Below, piece by piece: positions 46,701 through 61,700 of a stretch of DNA of 64,000 nucleotides. Position numbers and translations under genes: made by a program. Every line of letters begins with the position of its first letter. Position 1 is the first letter of the stretch. Source of the stretch: Antedon mediterranea (taxonomy: Eukaryota; Animalia; Echinodermata); contig NC_092676.1 of assembly GCF_964355755.1 (NCBI RefSeq), positions 8,161,888-8,225,887 of the forward strand. The letters are read 5' to 3'. The notes below the pieces were generated by a model. It ran no database searches, was not told where the DNA came from, and worked only from the letters and a program-made list of their open reading frames with translations.

Positions 46701-49700
46701 ATTTTAAATATTGTTTTGCAGTTGAAACAAAATTGTCGTGAATAGAGCACATCTGGTATAGTGAAGGACAATGTGTGCCATTTGGGATAATATAATGTCC
46801 CATCTTTAAGGGTAAATGCACAGCAAAAGGAAGTTTTGGAATTATAGTTAAGAAGAGGTAGGAAGTACTTGGTGCACTTATTCAACCTTGTGCTCATCTG
46901 AATTGTTAAATAAAAAGTAAACTTCAGAAATAAATTATACCATTATCGCCGATGAAACTGCGGAAAAACTGACCAATTGAACGAGTGTTCCAATCAGATT
47001 GTAGAGTTATTATATTATTCCTTCTATCAGGATACGTATCGACGTATAATAAACACACGGCAAATCTAATTGAATTAACATATTCTATTATTAGGTACTT
47101 GACATTGTGAGAAAGTCTTGGAAGATACAATGGGTTAAAGTTGAAACTAATCCAGATCAACTTTAGTACAGTGACTATTTAAGAAAAAATCTTCACAAGA
47201 TGACAATATCATAATCCTTTTCTACATACCTGGGAAACAATATCACATATGTTATATATTATAAAAATACAATTATACTTGGAATAAAAAAAGCCTGAAT
47301 GTTATATCACATTAGTTTAATATAGCAGTAGGAGGTATGAATCAATGAGGGATTTTAAATCTTTATTATGTGCTAATTATGTGCTAATTTGAGTGGTTGT
47401 GATTCAAATATCTGCAGGTAGTCATGCAATATTATGTATTATTTAGAAAAACATAAAATAAAAAAATTGTTTTTGTTTAATATTTGTGGCTATTTTTAAA
47501 TATGTATTTTTATATTCTGCATTTTCTATGACAAGTGAGAAACGTTATTTTCCATTTAAAAAAAATATATGTGGTTTATGGATCATTTTTGTTTGTAAAG
47601 CGCTCTAGAAACATTGTATTAGGCACTATATAAGACTACCTTTAATATTATTATTATCTGTATATTCTTTCTCAGGCTTGAAAATCAATTTGTTTGAACT
47701 TATCTTGTATCTTTGTTGATCTTAAAAAATTGAACACCAACCTTTTTAATTGATTTTCATATATTTCGTCTCACATAAACAAAGAATAACAAACAATAGA
47801 GAGAGACAGGATTCCCAAAAGCGAACTAAATCAAACTATCCAGTGGGTCTCCAAAAATGACTACTATTATATGAATAATGCCAATTAGAGCATATATTTC
47901 TCTCCTTCAACATTGTCGTGTAGTATTTATTTATTTTGATTGAGGAACGGCCACCTGCAGAATGAATTTAAAATATAGCTGTAAAATCTAAAATTATTTT
48001 AAGATTATCCCCTGAAAAACTTATTACACAAAATTGTAATAGTTTGATTTGACCAAAAATTGGATGGAAAACAAATGTATTTACTTAATAAACTGTAATT
48101 TAAGGCAAAAAATTAGTAATAACTAAATAAATAATAATAATAAAATAATTTCTGTCAATGAGTTTTTCGTTAACCTTAACTGTTTATTTTGTCTTTTTCT
48201 AAGTGAAATTATTATTTTTATTTGTTTTTTTTTCTACAGAAGTAAACACATTTCTTAAAACTGTAAAAATGGCCTAATGAAAGTTTGATTTTATTATTAA
48301 TCTTAATTTTTCATGTTTTTTTGGGGACAATACAGTACATCTTTAATTTTTTTAATGAAGCTGTAGTGGAGTTGCAGCTTGGTGGTTAATGAGCTTGCCT
48401 TCCAATCCCAAGGTCCAGGGTTCAATGCTGGTCTAGTGCAGGGTTGTAACTTTCAACTCCACTCTAGCCTCAAATGAGACTTAGTTTATAAGCATGATAA
48501 ATTAGAAAATAGTTTGTCTATCCTGTAATTGGCGAGTTACTAGCTGTTGGATGCGTATGAGAAAAAAAAAGAACAAAACAATCTCACAAGGATAAACAAA
48601 ATTGGCAAGAAAACAACCATGAATTAATTCTACCATTGTTTTTATATTTGTATTGTCTTAAAAGATGAGTAATGATAAATATAAATATCTACACACTGTC
48701 TTGGGAAGAATGACGTACTGGGTTAGACACCAAATGGATATCTCACAATGGCATACAGCCAAAGTTTAATAATATAAACAAATAGACTTGCATGCATTTG
48801 ATACACATTGAAATGCGTCCTAATTATTTTGTATATTAATTTTAATTATAACACAAGTGATGGTATTCTTGCAATTCGATTGGTTGATTACGCATCATGT
48901 ATCATCTGGAATTAGCCCTATCTAACAAAAAAGTGATATCTATTAATGGTGGTAATTAAAGCACTCTAATGCACGTTCAGCTTTCTGTAAACATTTTGAG
49001 AATTTTCGCATTTGAAAATCAACTTGTCGTGTATGCTGTCTATAACTGTTTGTACTTTGTACAAAATTAGATGGCCTAGCTTCCCGGCCTAGCATAAATT
49101 GGATGGCCTAGCTTCCCGGCCTAGCATAAATTGGATGGCCTAGCTTCCCGGCCTAGCATAAATTGGATGGCCTAGCTTCCCAGTCTAGCATTCGTCAATG
49201 ATTGGATGGCCTAGCTTCCCAGCCTAGAATTCGTCAATTATTGGATGGCCTAGCTTCCCAGCCTAGCATTCGTCAAATTGGATGGCCTAGCTTCCCAGCC
49301 TAGAAATCGTCAATGATTTTCGATGGATACATTGAATCAATGTAATGTAAATAATGAATGTTTTGTATTCGTTGAATGGAGAGAATATTTAATTTAAAGA
49401 TGTATTGTCCCCAAAAAACCTGAAAAAAGAAGATTACTAAAATCAGATTTTGAATATATTATTTTGTATTTTTGATAAAGTTAATCACTTATTATATATT
49501 ATAATAATGTTTTCACTTTTAAAATGACAAAAGAAATGGTTAAATTCAACCAAAAACCCACTGGATGGCAGTCAATTTGATAATTTTTAAATTGTTTTCG
49601 ATTAAATTTTGGTCAAAGAGGATAACTATTATGTGACAATAAAATGGCATATTCAACAAAAAAATTTCAAAAATTATTTTTCAGGGGACAATACATCTTA

Positions 49701-52700
49701 AAAAATGAACTTCTCTATTTCCACCTCGTCTATGCCTCATTAAAAATAGATCAATCAATTTTTCAACTAATGAAATATTCTTACCATTCAAACTCATAAA
49801 CCTTCATTACTTGTATTGTTTTATTACGTGTATTTGGTTTCTCTACACTTAATTCAAACATTGAATACAGAGTAATAATGAGTGAATTCAAAGAAGTGTG
49901 AAGGGAGATCAAAATAAGATACAAGCTTGATGATTTGACCATAAAACAACATGAGCTATGGTACAAAGGAACAGCAATGCATAGACCACAATATCAAAAT
50001 GAGGAAGAAAAAAATAATAATAAAAATATATATAACTAAATATTTAATAATAACAATACATAGGACAGGCCAAGATGGGATATGTCTCATATGGTAGAGA
50101 TTTCCATTTTTCCTGTTCAGAATATAAGGTACACATAGTGTCTAGACAAAGTAATATGGTATTTAAATTCATTGCTAGCCTTTTCACATCATATTAAAAT
50201 ATAGATTTCTTTTGGGCATTTAGCGGTACAGTAACTACAAAGACAATGATTGGGAGTTTACGATGTTTCTCACACCATAGAGCATGCTCACACTATAAAT
50301 AGTGCATTGATTTTTTGGAAATAGCTGTATAGTCTGAAAATGTTTGCATTATAAATAAGTTAAACCATATCATTGACTAACCAGAAATTCTTGAACCATT
50401 AAAAAATGGAAGAATTTCTGGTTAGTGCATGATGTTCTTCTTCAGAACATGGATATTAAACATAATCTTTAGTAACAAATCAACCAGACATAGTGTTTTA
50501 ACGAGGGAATAATTATTGCATATTTATCTACAGTAATATTGAGTTAATGTGATAAAAATGATTAGAAGGCAAGTCCCATTACGCTAAAAAACCTAGTAAA
50601 ATGCATGAATCCATAACCTCCAAATATCAATGTAGTATTTTTAGACGTAATTTGCCATTCAATTAAGACGTAAAATAATTATAAAAATTTAAGTTGTTGG
50701 AAATTTTGTAGTCGGGTGTAATTCCTAACAGGTAAAATGTGTCACTAGCAGATATTAATTAATGATTTGTAATTAATGTCCCCACAGGAAGGTCTTGAAG
50801 TTAAAACCAAGAGCAAGATTTGTCTACTCAATCAAATGTCATTACAATCCAATGAAGGGTTCAAAAGCCAATACGGCACACTGTTACAGAGGACAGAGCA
50901 ATATGTATGATGTCAGAAAAAAATGTCCACCTATCTTGGGCAGATCACAGAATTTGTTAAACTTTAAACGGAGAGTGTTAACATTTAATATTAATAGTCT
51001 GTCAAAAAAAGTAGTTTATAATTTAAATGTATATGTCAAAACGAGAAAGCAGGCTCCCCTAGTGCGCCCTCCCTTCTGTAAATAAAGTCAGGGCCATACC
51101 CACCACCACACCAATTCCCAAGCACAGATCGTCATATTTTATATTAATAATTATATTTAAAGAATCTTTGCCTTGTCTGTTTTTAACCTCTTGTTACAGC
51201 CTGGAAACCATCATGTTTTAATAGAATTTCAAGAATAACAATACTTTCTAATAGATCATTATCAAATGAAAACAAACCTGTGGAGTATCTTTAGTAGACC
51301 ATTCCTCAATTGTTTTTCTTAATCTTCCCAAGGCAGACAATTCAGATGCAACTTGCTTCTCTTGTGATTCAGACTGCCTAGCAGCAGATGCACTGATGGT
51401 TGGTTCACCAGAACCTAACTTAGCACTCTGTCCAACTTCTGCCAAAGTCTTTTCTACATTTGTACGCTGCTGTTGTTCAAGTTGCCTTTGGAGTTCTTTG
51501 TTCTTTTCCTTAAGGTCATCAAGTTCATTAACCTCTGCTAGTTTCTTATCTGGTGAGTCATGATCTGAAGTGTTTTTCCAAGCTTCAACAGAATTTGTTG
51601 ACCCTTCATCACTGCTTGGACTTATTTTTCTATTTGATCTCCCTGGTACTGGTTCCTTTTTGTCATTTTTTCTAACTTGATCAGATTCTGATCCATATTT
51701 ATCAGTTTGTGTCAGTTTCTGATCTGGTGTGCCATTATTTTCATTTTGACTTTTTGATTCTTCTTCACTACTCGGACTTACTTTCCTATTTGACCTCCCC
51801 TGTTTAGGTTTTTTATCGTACACAAGTGTGTTCGCTTGTCCGAGTTCTTTCAATCTTACATCAAGTTCGCGTTGTACTTCCTCATAACCATTCATTTCAA
51901 CGTTAATTCTGTTATTACTTGGCATGTTCCTACTCTCAATTTCAAAAGGGTAACTTTCTGTATTTCGCATTCTTTCCCTTACTTTCGTGTTGGGTTGTGA
52001 TGACACATGATCTGATTCATATCTACTACCATCATACAGCTCCGGATACCCTCCCTGAAATGACTGTGGGCTGTACATAACAGTTGAATATGGTGGCTTA
52101 TTATATTGTTGGGAATCGTATGTGTGGTTTGGATATTCTTGGACCATGGTACTAATTGCAAACACTTCGTCTAACATTTTATTAAGGCGTTGCCGTTCTT
52201 TATGCCATTTTCTTTGTATGACTTCAGTTCTAGTTGGAAATTCTTCATCTTCAACATGCTAGGAAAGAAAACAATTAAAAGAATTTAATAAATATGAAAA
52301 ATGCAGATTTAAAATCGGTATTTTTACAAAATATGAATAAAAGACGAGAAATTTTCTTTAACAAAGACTTTAATGAATAAAATAATCCATTTAAAGCTCT
52401 GTCTACACTATTAAATTTTATGTGACAAAAAAGTGTGATGTGCCCAAATATGGTAGTAATATGCCCAAAAAAGAATTGGATATGTTTTACAATTACTAAA
52501 CCAGATTTTTACAGTTTGTTAGGGTAAAGTGAAGTGAAAGCATGGTGTAACCCCTGCCCCTGTAAAATGTTTCGGTGGCGTGTATTCCAGATCGTTTAAG
52601 TGATTGATTCGTTTTAGGTGATTTCACCTTCAATCTAATAATCCTAAAATAATCCAACAATAGTATTGATTTATGTAGCACTATATTTGTTCATGTTTCC

Positions 52701-55700
52701 TTTTAATGGATAGGTAAAAGGTAAAGGTGAGTCCCGTGTTCTCTGAACGTAGGGGAATTAGCTGTTAGGAGCTCATTGTACTAAGCCTCGGCATTATGTG
52801 GTAGGGTGGCCAGTTCCTTTCCACGCCGCCTTTTTTCTCCCTAGTATTTTCAACCAGGTACTCATATTACAGCTGAGAGTTGGGACTGGGAGTTGTCGGG
52901 AATTGAACCCGGGTCTATCTGTATGACAGTCAAGTGTCCTAACCACTCTAAAATAAAGAATGAATGACAAGCAGTACGTTATAAAACAAATATTTTACCT
53001 GATAGTAAGCGCTAGGAACTGAAGGAACTACGAAGACACTGTTGGCATCAGAACGTTGTAAAAGTGGTTCTTGTATCGTAGGTTGACTTCTGTGCTTTGT
53101 TTTATGTTTGTAATGTTGATCATAAGGTGGGTAGTTACTACTGGAACGTGCTATAAAAATCTATAGATAAAAAAGTAACATATTTAGAAAAAAGGTTTTT
53201 ATTAATACTTATAGTATATAGCAAATTTTGGTGAAATATATAGTATACTATCAAGCAGATATTTAATATAAAACCTCAAATAACTTATATAAAAGAAATG
53301 TTAATTATTATAAACAAATAAATGCCACAGAAATGTACAATATTATATTAGACAAAACAAGAAATTTAGACATAATAATAGATAAATATTTACTATAAAC
53401 ATTATAATAAAGCCATAATAAAAAAAGTTTACTGAATGCAAAAGAGGGATATTTATTGCTAAAAAATAAACCTGAAAGCTTTTGGAGTATTGTGCATGTT
53501 TTAATTTCAGTCAAACATGGATACATACAGTATTTCATTTCAAGCAAGATTTCATTTCTATGAGGCTGTGTTTTGTCAAAACACCGGGGTAGCCTAGGAT
53601 GCACATGGGTTATTTTTAAATGCACAAAAGCCAGATGTGTACATGGGCCTCTAATTTCAAGCCCTTATCAGAGAAGACTTGTTCTACCTCCAGAACATAC
53701 GATAGGCCGATATGGCCAACTTTTACTGTGTTCTGCTGCTTTGGCCGCCCAAATTATTGAAATTACGTTTAGAAGCATTACAAGAAATGTTTCCTTTCAG
53801 ACACAAACATATATTTTTTTCTATGCAAATCAATGTATCTATAGTTACATAAAAAAGTTGAATTATAACTAAATAGTACTAGAACTAGACAAAATAGTGC
53901 TTGATGCTATTTAGTACTGTACATAGAGTTTGTGCAAACATTTTGACATAACAATTTCAATCACATTTATATTGCAACTCACACTTAACGTTGTCAAAAT
54001 CCTACCTTTTTTTTAATCTAATTTTATAGAGAAGGCTGTAAATAACGAAACACAATAGTATATAATATATATAATAAAACATTTGAATATGATTTAACTT
54101 ATAATCAATTCTATATAGTAATTTTCATATTCTCGTATTGAAATAATAATTTTTAATTTTTTTAATTGTTTGGTTTATAACGTTTTTTTTTATTTTGTAT
54201 GTAGTTTAAGTTGACTGCACCACTAATGAGTGTGTTGCCACTTATCTAAAAGTGTTTGTCAATAAAGTTATTATTATTATTATTATTATTATTATCTGTT
54301 TTGATTTTTGTCACAAATTTAATTAATGACCTGTAATAATCCATCAGAGAAATTAAAAAATGTAAAATAAATTACAATAACAATTACTTCAATTTTTTAC
54401 GAGCTGTTAAAACAGGGGTGAGGAAATTAGCACAATAATGCCATTGAAGGAAGAAGTCTGTCGCCTGTGATATCACTAGTAGGAGGAAGTTATATGGGAA
54501 GTTTAAGGTCCCTAGAAGTCCACTAAGAATACAGGAAGTTAGGTCAAAAATGGCTGGTCACTGTGCTGGACATTCATAATACTAACTAATTTGTATAACA
54601 CCAAAGTGTAACCCAGTTTGTACAAAGGTGAACAACAAGTTCATAGGGGACAGTTGTGAATTAAATTCTAAAGATATCCAAATTGTTTACTAATTTTTCT
54701 GTTAGGGTACAAAATTTAAAAGGAGATGAGTTAAAACAGTATTGTATTGTGTTTAAATGTTTGCATAGGAAATAAATAAGTAATATGATAATAATATCTA
54801 GTGATGTCTGTAGTATAGTGTACTAGTATATTATACACAGCCACTGTCACACACAGACACTTATCATCATGAGGGCCCCATGATTTTTTATTTTTTTAAA
54901 TTTTATTTTATTCAGTTGTCAACCAACAGCGATGAAACCGCCACTAACAGGTTGAATAATTGTCAGGATCTGCTGTTTTGTTTCACCCTCTATAACTAAA
55001 GTTTAAAAAAAAGTAATACTAGTGGTACACCATGTTTTTTCAATAATAAAGTAACGTTTAGAATGTCTGAACATTTTGGTCCAGAAGACGATTGCAAGCA
55101 CGTAATAGCCATATAGGGAGGTTCGTTTGACCACATAGGGGAAAACATCATCATGAGCTAAGCTAGTAGCGCCCCTCCCCCTGGTTAAAGGTTTGTGTTG
55201 TAGATTTACATTAAAGTGATTAAAACATTCTCCTATGCTGTTATTTTCACATTTTGTATGTGGGTGATTAAAATGATGATGTTGTATAATTATGTTATTT
55301 AATCAGTTAAATGAACATAATAACAAAGGTGTTTAATTACAACTGGGGAAAACCCAAAACTATGTCTATAAATGTCAGGTTTTTTAAAAAAAAATGTATT
55401 TCTGTATCTTTGACTTATTGAGATTTTGTCATTTTTTCTGCTGTGTTTGAAAATAATTAATTTTTTTCTAACATTAATACATAATAATTATAATCAAGGG
55501 TGAAAATGAATTATAGTATTGAGAATCATTATCATAAGACTAAACTTTTAGACAGGGATTTTAAAATTAAAGTCCCAGGGTCTGGGTTCAATCCAACTTC
55601 ACTCACAAATACGTTATCAGAATTATGTAAAACAATGAAATATGCAATTCTGTCAACAGAGAAATATCCAAACTGAAAGGTAAATATTAAAGTGTCCAAT

Positions 55701-58700
55701 AAATGAATGAGAGGAACTAGAGCAATGTAAATGGACTCTTTGCTCCACTAATTTTATATTATCATAAACACATAAACAAACTGTATTCTTGCACAATGAA
55801 AAACGGTTAATGATGTGACCAAAATGATGTCAAACTAAAATCTCATAAAATATCAGAAATAAAAAAAAAAAAATTGCAAATTTAATTTTCTCCAAATCAA
55901 ACATAAAATGGGCAGTAACTTATTTTAAAATAAATTACCATTTTATAGTTCAATGAAAAAAAAACCAGGAAAAATAAAACCACTTTATTTAGCAATAGCA
56001 CTTACTGGTGAATTCAATGGTCTACTGGACACCATCTCAACATTTTCTGAAGTTGACGCAACAAATTGTTTAGTTTTCTTCTTTTTCTGAAAAACAAAAA
56101 CAATAGAAGAAATCAGGGGTTTTGTTAAGATTTATGATAAAAGAGAACATAAAAAAATATGGAAGAACGTTTCCTACACCTAAAACAACCAAGACAAAAA
56201 AAGAAAACTAAATAACTGTATAAGATTAACTCCCTAAAATCTTTATGAATAAAAATCACAATAAATTCATTAAAAAAAACAAATTCACAATAAAAAACTA
56301 TAAAATCGAAAAATGTTTTCAAAATACCTTTGGTCTAGGTAATGGTTCATCTCCTTCACTTTTCCATCGATTTTTTTGTGAACTAATTTCATTTCTGTAA
56401 GAAAATAAATATTTTATCCAAATTAAAAACTTTTAGTAAGATTTACAACAGCGCCATCTATCGATTTCATACAACCCTTACCGTGCTGTTGGGTTTGCAG
56501 CTGCCGATTTCTGTTCTTCAAATAACGAATCAATCTGAAACAGTAAGTAGTTTAACGTTAACTAACCAATAAAGAGCAGTGTTTAAAGATAAAATATGGC
56601 ATTAGAAGAAAATCAAATTATCATTGCCTGTCCAACGATAAATCATTATATGAAGACGGGGCACATGCAAGATAAACATTTCTTTTTTTCATACGAATCC
56701 AACAGCGAGTGCAAATTACAGGATGCATAATAAAATAATAATTTATCATGCTTAGGGGAGACCATTTATAGAAGGTATATTTTCCCATGAAATGAACACA
56801 GGAAACTATATGTTTTGATGGTCAACTCCTATTCAGGGGCCAAACGTTTAGGGAACACCCATCACGGCCATAGCCACCAGTACAGTTGGTAAGGTTTCAA
56901 CATGACCACTTTTTAACTGAGGTCTTTGAAAACCCAGTGGCTTGAACAGAGATTGTTCCCTTTTCTTGTGAAAACTGGACCACTTTATTTCTTGTGGCTA
57001 CTTCACTGCCGATTCTTTTAAGGGATACTTTGTTGGGCCCTGAAGGTGTCCTTTTAATAGGAGTTCTACTGTAATCAACATTTCCTTTATAAAAGGTTAA
57101 TAAACGATAAAAACAATATAATACAGTAAACTAATAATCTGCTCTACACAAAAGATAGATATGGGAAGTGTCATTTGAAGTGATCTTGTAATCCTCAGAA
57201 ATCCTGTGGTTTAAACCTACTAATCATGCCAGACATTTTAAAGAGGCTTAAATCAAATGAACTCAAAACTGACAATAAAACTATTTGTTTCAGACACACC
57301 ATCCAGGGGACAAGCCTTAGTAAATGGACAGTTTTACTCCTTTTTTTCTAAAAAAAAAAGCCAATATCCAAAATCATTGTACTTGACAGGGCTAGGATTT
57401 GAACCCATCACTCAGAGAATTTGATTAAGCAAACATGTTGAATCAAATGAACTCAAAATTGAAAATATAACTTTTTGTTTGAGACACCCAATTCAGGGGA
57501 AATTAAGGGAACATCTTTTTTTTCTTCTAAAAAACATCCCAAAAAGAAAATCATTGTACAGGGCTAGGTTTCGAACACATCACTCAGATAATCTGTTTTA
57601 AGCATGCATGTTAAACCACAAAGCTAATATGCCACTATTCAATATAGTATACATATTATATTGTATTAGCATACGTATTATATTTGTCATCACATTACAG
57701 ACATTTTTTTTGTGGGTAAGATAAACATAAAAAGCGATTCTAGTGAGACATCATTGCAACTTATTTTTAGATGTCCTTACAGAAGAACTAAACTTACACC
57801 TGTAAAAGACATTTGTCGTGATTCCAGATTAAACTTTATCGAAATTCAAGGTCCTAAACAGGTGTAGGGGTCAATTGACCAACAATATCCATTGGGAAAA
57901 AAAAGCTTTTGCGTAGGAGTGATAAGAACAATGAGACAAACGCATAATAAAAGTATGACATTATTCAAATAACCATTATTAGCGCTGATGCCTCAGAATA
58001 TGGATAAAACCCACATCAACTACGTCATTAAATTAAAGGTGTAAAGATGAGTGGTATGTCCATTTAAGATAAATGTATTTTTTAACAATAGGGACTTGTC
58101 ACCATATACAAACATTTTGTCTAGAGTATATATTGTATCATGTTATTGCAACTAACTTTATGATGTACAGTTAGTGATGCAGTGGAAAAAAAATGTTGGT
58201 GATGATGCATTCTATGTTGAATATTTGGGTACAACAGAAATCTTTCCTGATAAAACATGTATGAAGCTATTGTTGATAATATACATCACTTTTGTATTAG
58301 GGAGCTTTAGATTTGCGATGACCCACGACCAAACTACGTCTGTTAGTTCATTGTACGCATGTGGAGATGATTCATCGATTAACCTGATCTAGGCTAGTTG
58401 CTAGTCCTCGGTCGCTGCGAATCGAAAGCTTATTGAATGTAGGACCTCGTAAAATAAAGGGATGAGCAGTTCACATGTCATAAATATGCAATAATATGTC
58501 TAGAGTTAAGTTTAAAAAATGTGTCATGGAAAAACAATACTCAAGGTTTAATACTGTTTGTCGAGACAGAACCAGGAAATAATTCTTGTGATACCCTTGA
58601 TATTGAAGGCTGGAAGTAAATAACTATTGTGCTTTAAGACAAAGCTTGTCTCATTGCATACAAAAATTGATTGATTCAGTAGAACCCCTATTAAGGGAAC

Positions 58701-61700
58701 ACCTTTCGGACTCTGAGAAAAATGTCCCTTTAATCGGATCCTCTGAACATGGATTGGCTATAAAGTTAAGACACATACATTTTCACTTGTTCCTTTTCAC
58801 GGATTGTGTGGCTCTTGCCAAATTTGGTGCTTTTGTCCGCTGTGTAACAATAGTCGCTAAGCCACCTGACTATTAGTGTGTCTTAGAGAAGGGTTCTACT
58901 GTAGTATTCCACTACTTTATTTGACAAAATATTTTATTTTAATTGGAAACTACACACCGTATGTTTGCTCCAAATGTGATTTCATGGTCAACACCGGGTT
59001 AAAATTCTACTATAGGGTTTGGCCAGCAGATTTGTTACTGAAATGGTCATTCAGGTTTGGAATAGAACCATAAAAATAGATAGACAAATAACTACATCAA
59101 GACATCCTCACTTTCTATTTTCAAACAAAATTATAGAGGGCGCTATATAGAATATCTAGTCTTGCAAAAATGACCAGATTCTCATGCTATAATTCTACAC
59201 CCAATGAATATAAAAATATCACAGTCATGCTAATGTAAGTATTTCATCTATTTAAAATAATTCAAGATGTGGTAATTGGAAATTACTACAGGTAATAATT
59301 GTGCAAAATTGTGACTGAATACAAAATATTATGGTTATAATAGCAAAGCATGTAATATTTACATTACATTTCTTGGCAACAGTCACAGTACTTTTGGTTT
59401 AGAAACAATAAAAGCAGCAACGCAGATGTTTGACTACACAATGTTGCATGCTGGGACAATTGGCGATATGGCAAATTTTAAACTACCCAACAAACTACTG
59501 ACCTTCACTGACCTTCATTATCAGAGTGATGATCGAAATCATTCATGATCATAAACTATTCTGTTCATAATGTAATTTATTGGTTTGTTTAAAATGAATC
59601 TTCAAAATCAAAGTGGTGTTTTGGTATCTATGAACATTAGCCTTAATAAGTTTATACAAAACGGCTTTAAGGGTCTTTCACACCTGTTCCGGCACTGTTT
59701 CGACCAGGGACCGGCAACTCAAAATGAATGAAAATGTTTCGTTTTCACGCGATTATGCACATATTGATTGCCGCATAGCTGTGTTGAGTGTCGTGAAAAC
59801 GAAACATTGACAGTTGATTTGCTGGCGCCGGAGCACAGTGAAAGGCCCTTTATTCCACAAGATCGGCACTGAATAGTTTCCAAAATTAAATTGCTGAGAA
59901 ATCAATTAATTTTATCTATTCTGATGGTGAAAATGATCAAATAGATTGAGATTTTGAATTCTCAATATGTGTTCTGTATCTTTATTTGGAGTTACCCTTG
60001 TTTTATTTTAAATTGCATTATGAATTAGAAACAAAATCGAACATGGTTGAGAGAAAGTTGCAACATGATGAAAAGATTAAAATAAACTGAATGTGTTAGC
60101 ATTGGGTGTAAATAGACATGTTTGTAACTAGTAAAGGTTGGTTCCCACTATAGGATGCAATGCAATGGCGTAACGCAGCGTTCAGTTGACCAATCACAAG
60201 CAATGCATCATATGAACTGGTGTTTGTCATTGGTCAACACGCTTGCGTTGCGTTTACGTCCTTGTGTTACGTCCTAGTGGGAACCAAGCTTAAACATATA
60301 CCTGATCTTCATCAGAACCAGTTGAGTCTGTCACATCCAGCTAAATTATATTTAAGCAAATAAAAATAAAAGAAAGGGAGAAAAGAAAGAGATAGGAGAA
60401 ATAAATTAAGTGAAAACGCCAAAAAAAATAAAATTGGTAGCAGAGACTGTACGTTTTGATACAAAATTAATAATTATAAACTTAAGTGAAAAATAATTAG
60501 TATGAAAAGTTGCAAGGATTATAGGGAACACACAAATAGACAAATTTGGATGTCTGGAAACGAGAATTGAATCAAAGCTTATTAATCTATTCTTTCTTTT
60601 AAATGTATTCTAAAAACAACTTCTTCAATCCAAGGGTGTTCAGAAAGTTTAATGGATTGGCCAATCTAAATTCTACAGGGCAAAAATCCAAGGTATTCGT
60701 AGAGTTGAATGAATTGGCCATTTCCATGTTAGTACTGTATTAATTTGTTAACATGTGTGACAATTAGAATTCGCAGCTAGAATATTTAAATTAAATTAAA
60801 ATTTGTAGGCCTCCTACTATGGAATAAACACAATCAGTTTTCTAACCTCTCTTTGTGCCCTTTCTCTGTCATCCCTTTGTCTTTCCATCTCTTCCATTAG
60901 TTTTCTTGTTTTCTTTTTCTCTTTTCTTCTCGATCTTTGCTCTTGTCTCTTTTTCCATTTGCTTATTTCATATTGAAGTTCTTCAATATTTAGATACAGG
61001 TGGCTTTTATACCAAGACTAAAAAAAATGAAACAATAAAATAATTTCATTTATTTTTAAATTTTCACAATCCCATATGCTTTATGATTTTATATATTTAA
61101 GCAGGACAGGATAGCCCAGGATAATCATAAGCGAATTAATTCACTATCCTTCACAAAGGTGACAATTCTGTTTACAAGACAAACATACCTGTAGACAAGT
61201 TGCTCTACATTGAAACAAAGGAGGAGATCTATTCACAACTTTAAATCATTAACATTTTAAAAACTTAGACGGAAATCAACTAAACATTACTGTATAACCT
61301 TTCTCTTAATGGAGAATTAATTTTGCTATTGGTTTGGGTTTTGAAATAAAAATATATAAAAACTTCTTTGATACCAGAGCATTAATCAATAAATGGAATT
61401 CACTACCTGAATGGGTTGTGACCAGCAAAAGTATTAAATCATTTAAAAAACTATTTTTATGAGAGAAAAGCCACCTTACGTGTTATACTCATAGTTACTT
61501 TACTAAAGGTAACATTATTAGTTATTATTATGATTCTGTTTCCTGATTTAATTTTCAGGGGACACTATAAAACTTTAGCCCTAGACTAACTTTAGTCCTG
61601 GACTAACTTTAGTCCTGGACTATGATTAGTACTTGTCTATCTTTAGTCTTGGACTATCTTTAGTCTTGGACTATCTTTAGTCCTGAACTATCTTTAGTCT

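Noticed and set aside
49070-49318. CRISPR-like 32-40-bp repeats
   Set aside because: The intervening sequences are themselves repeated; this is an ordinary minisatellite.
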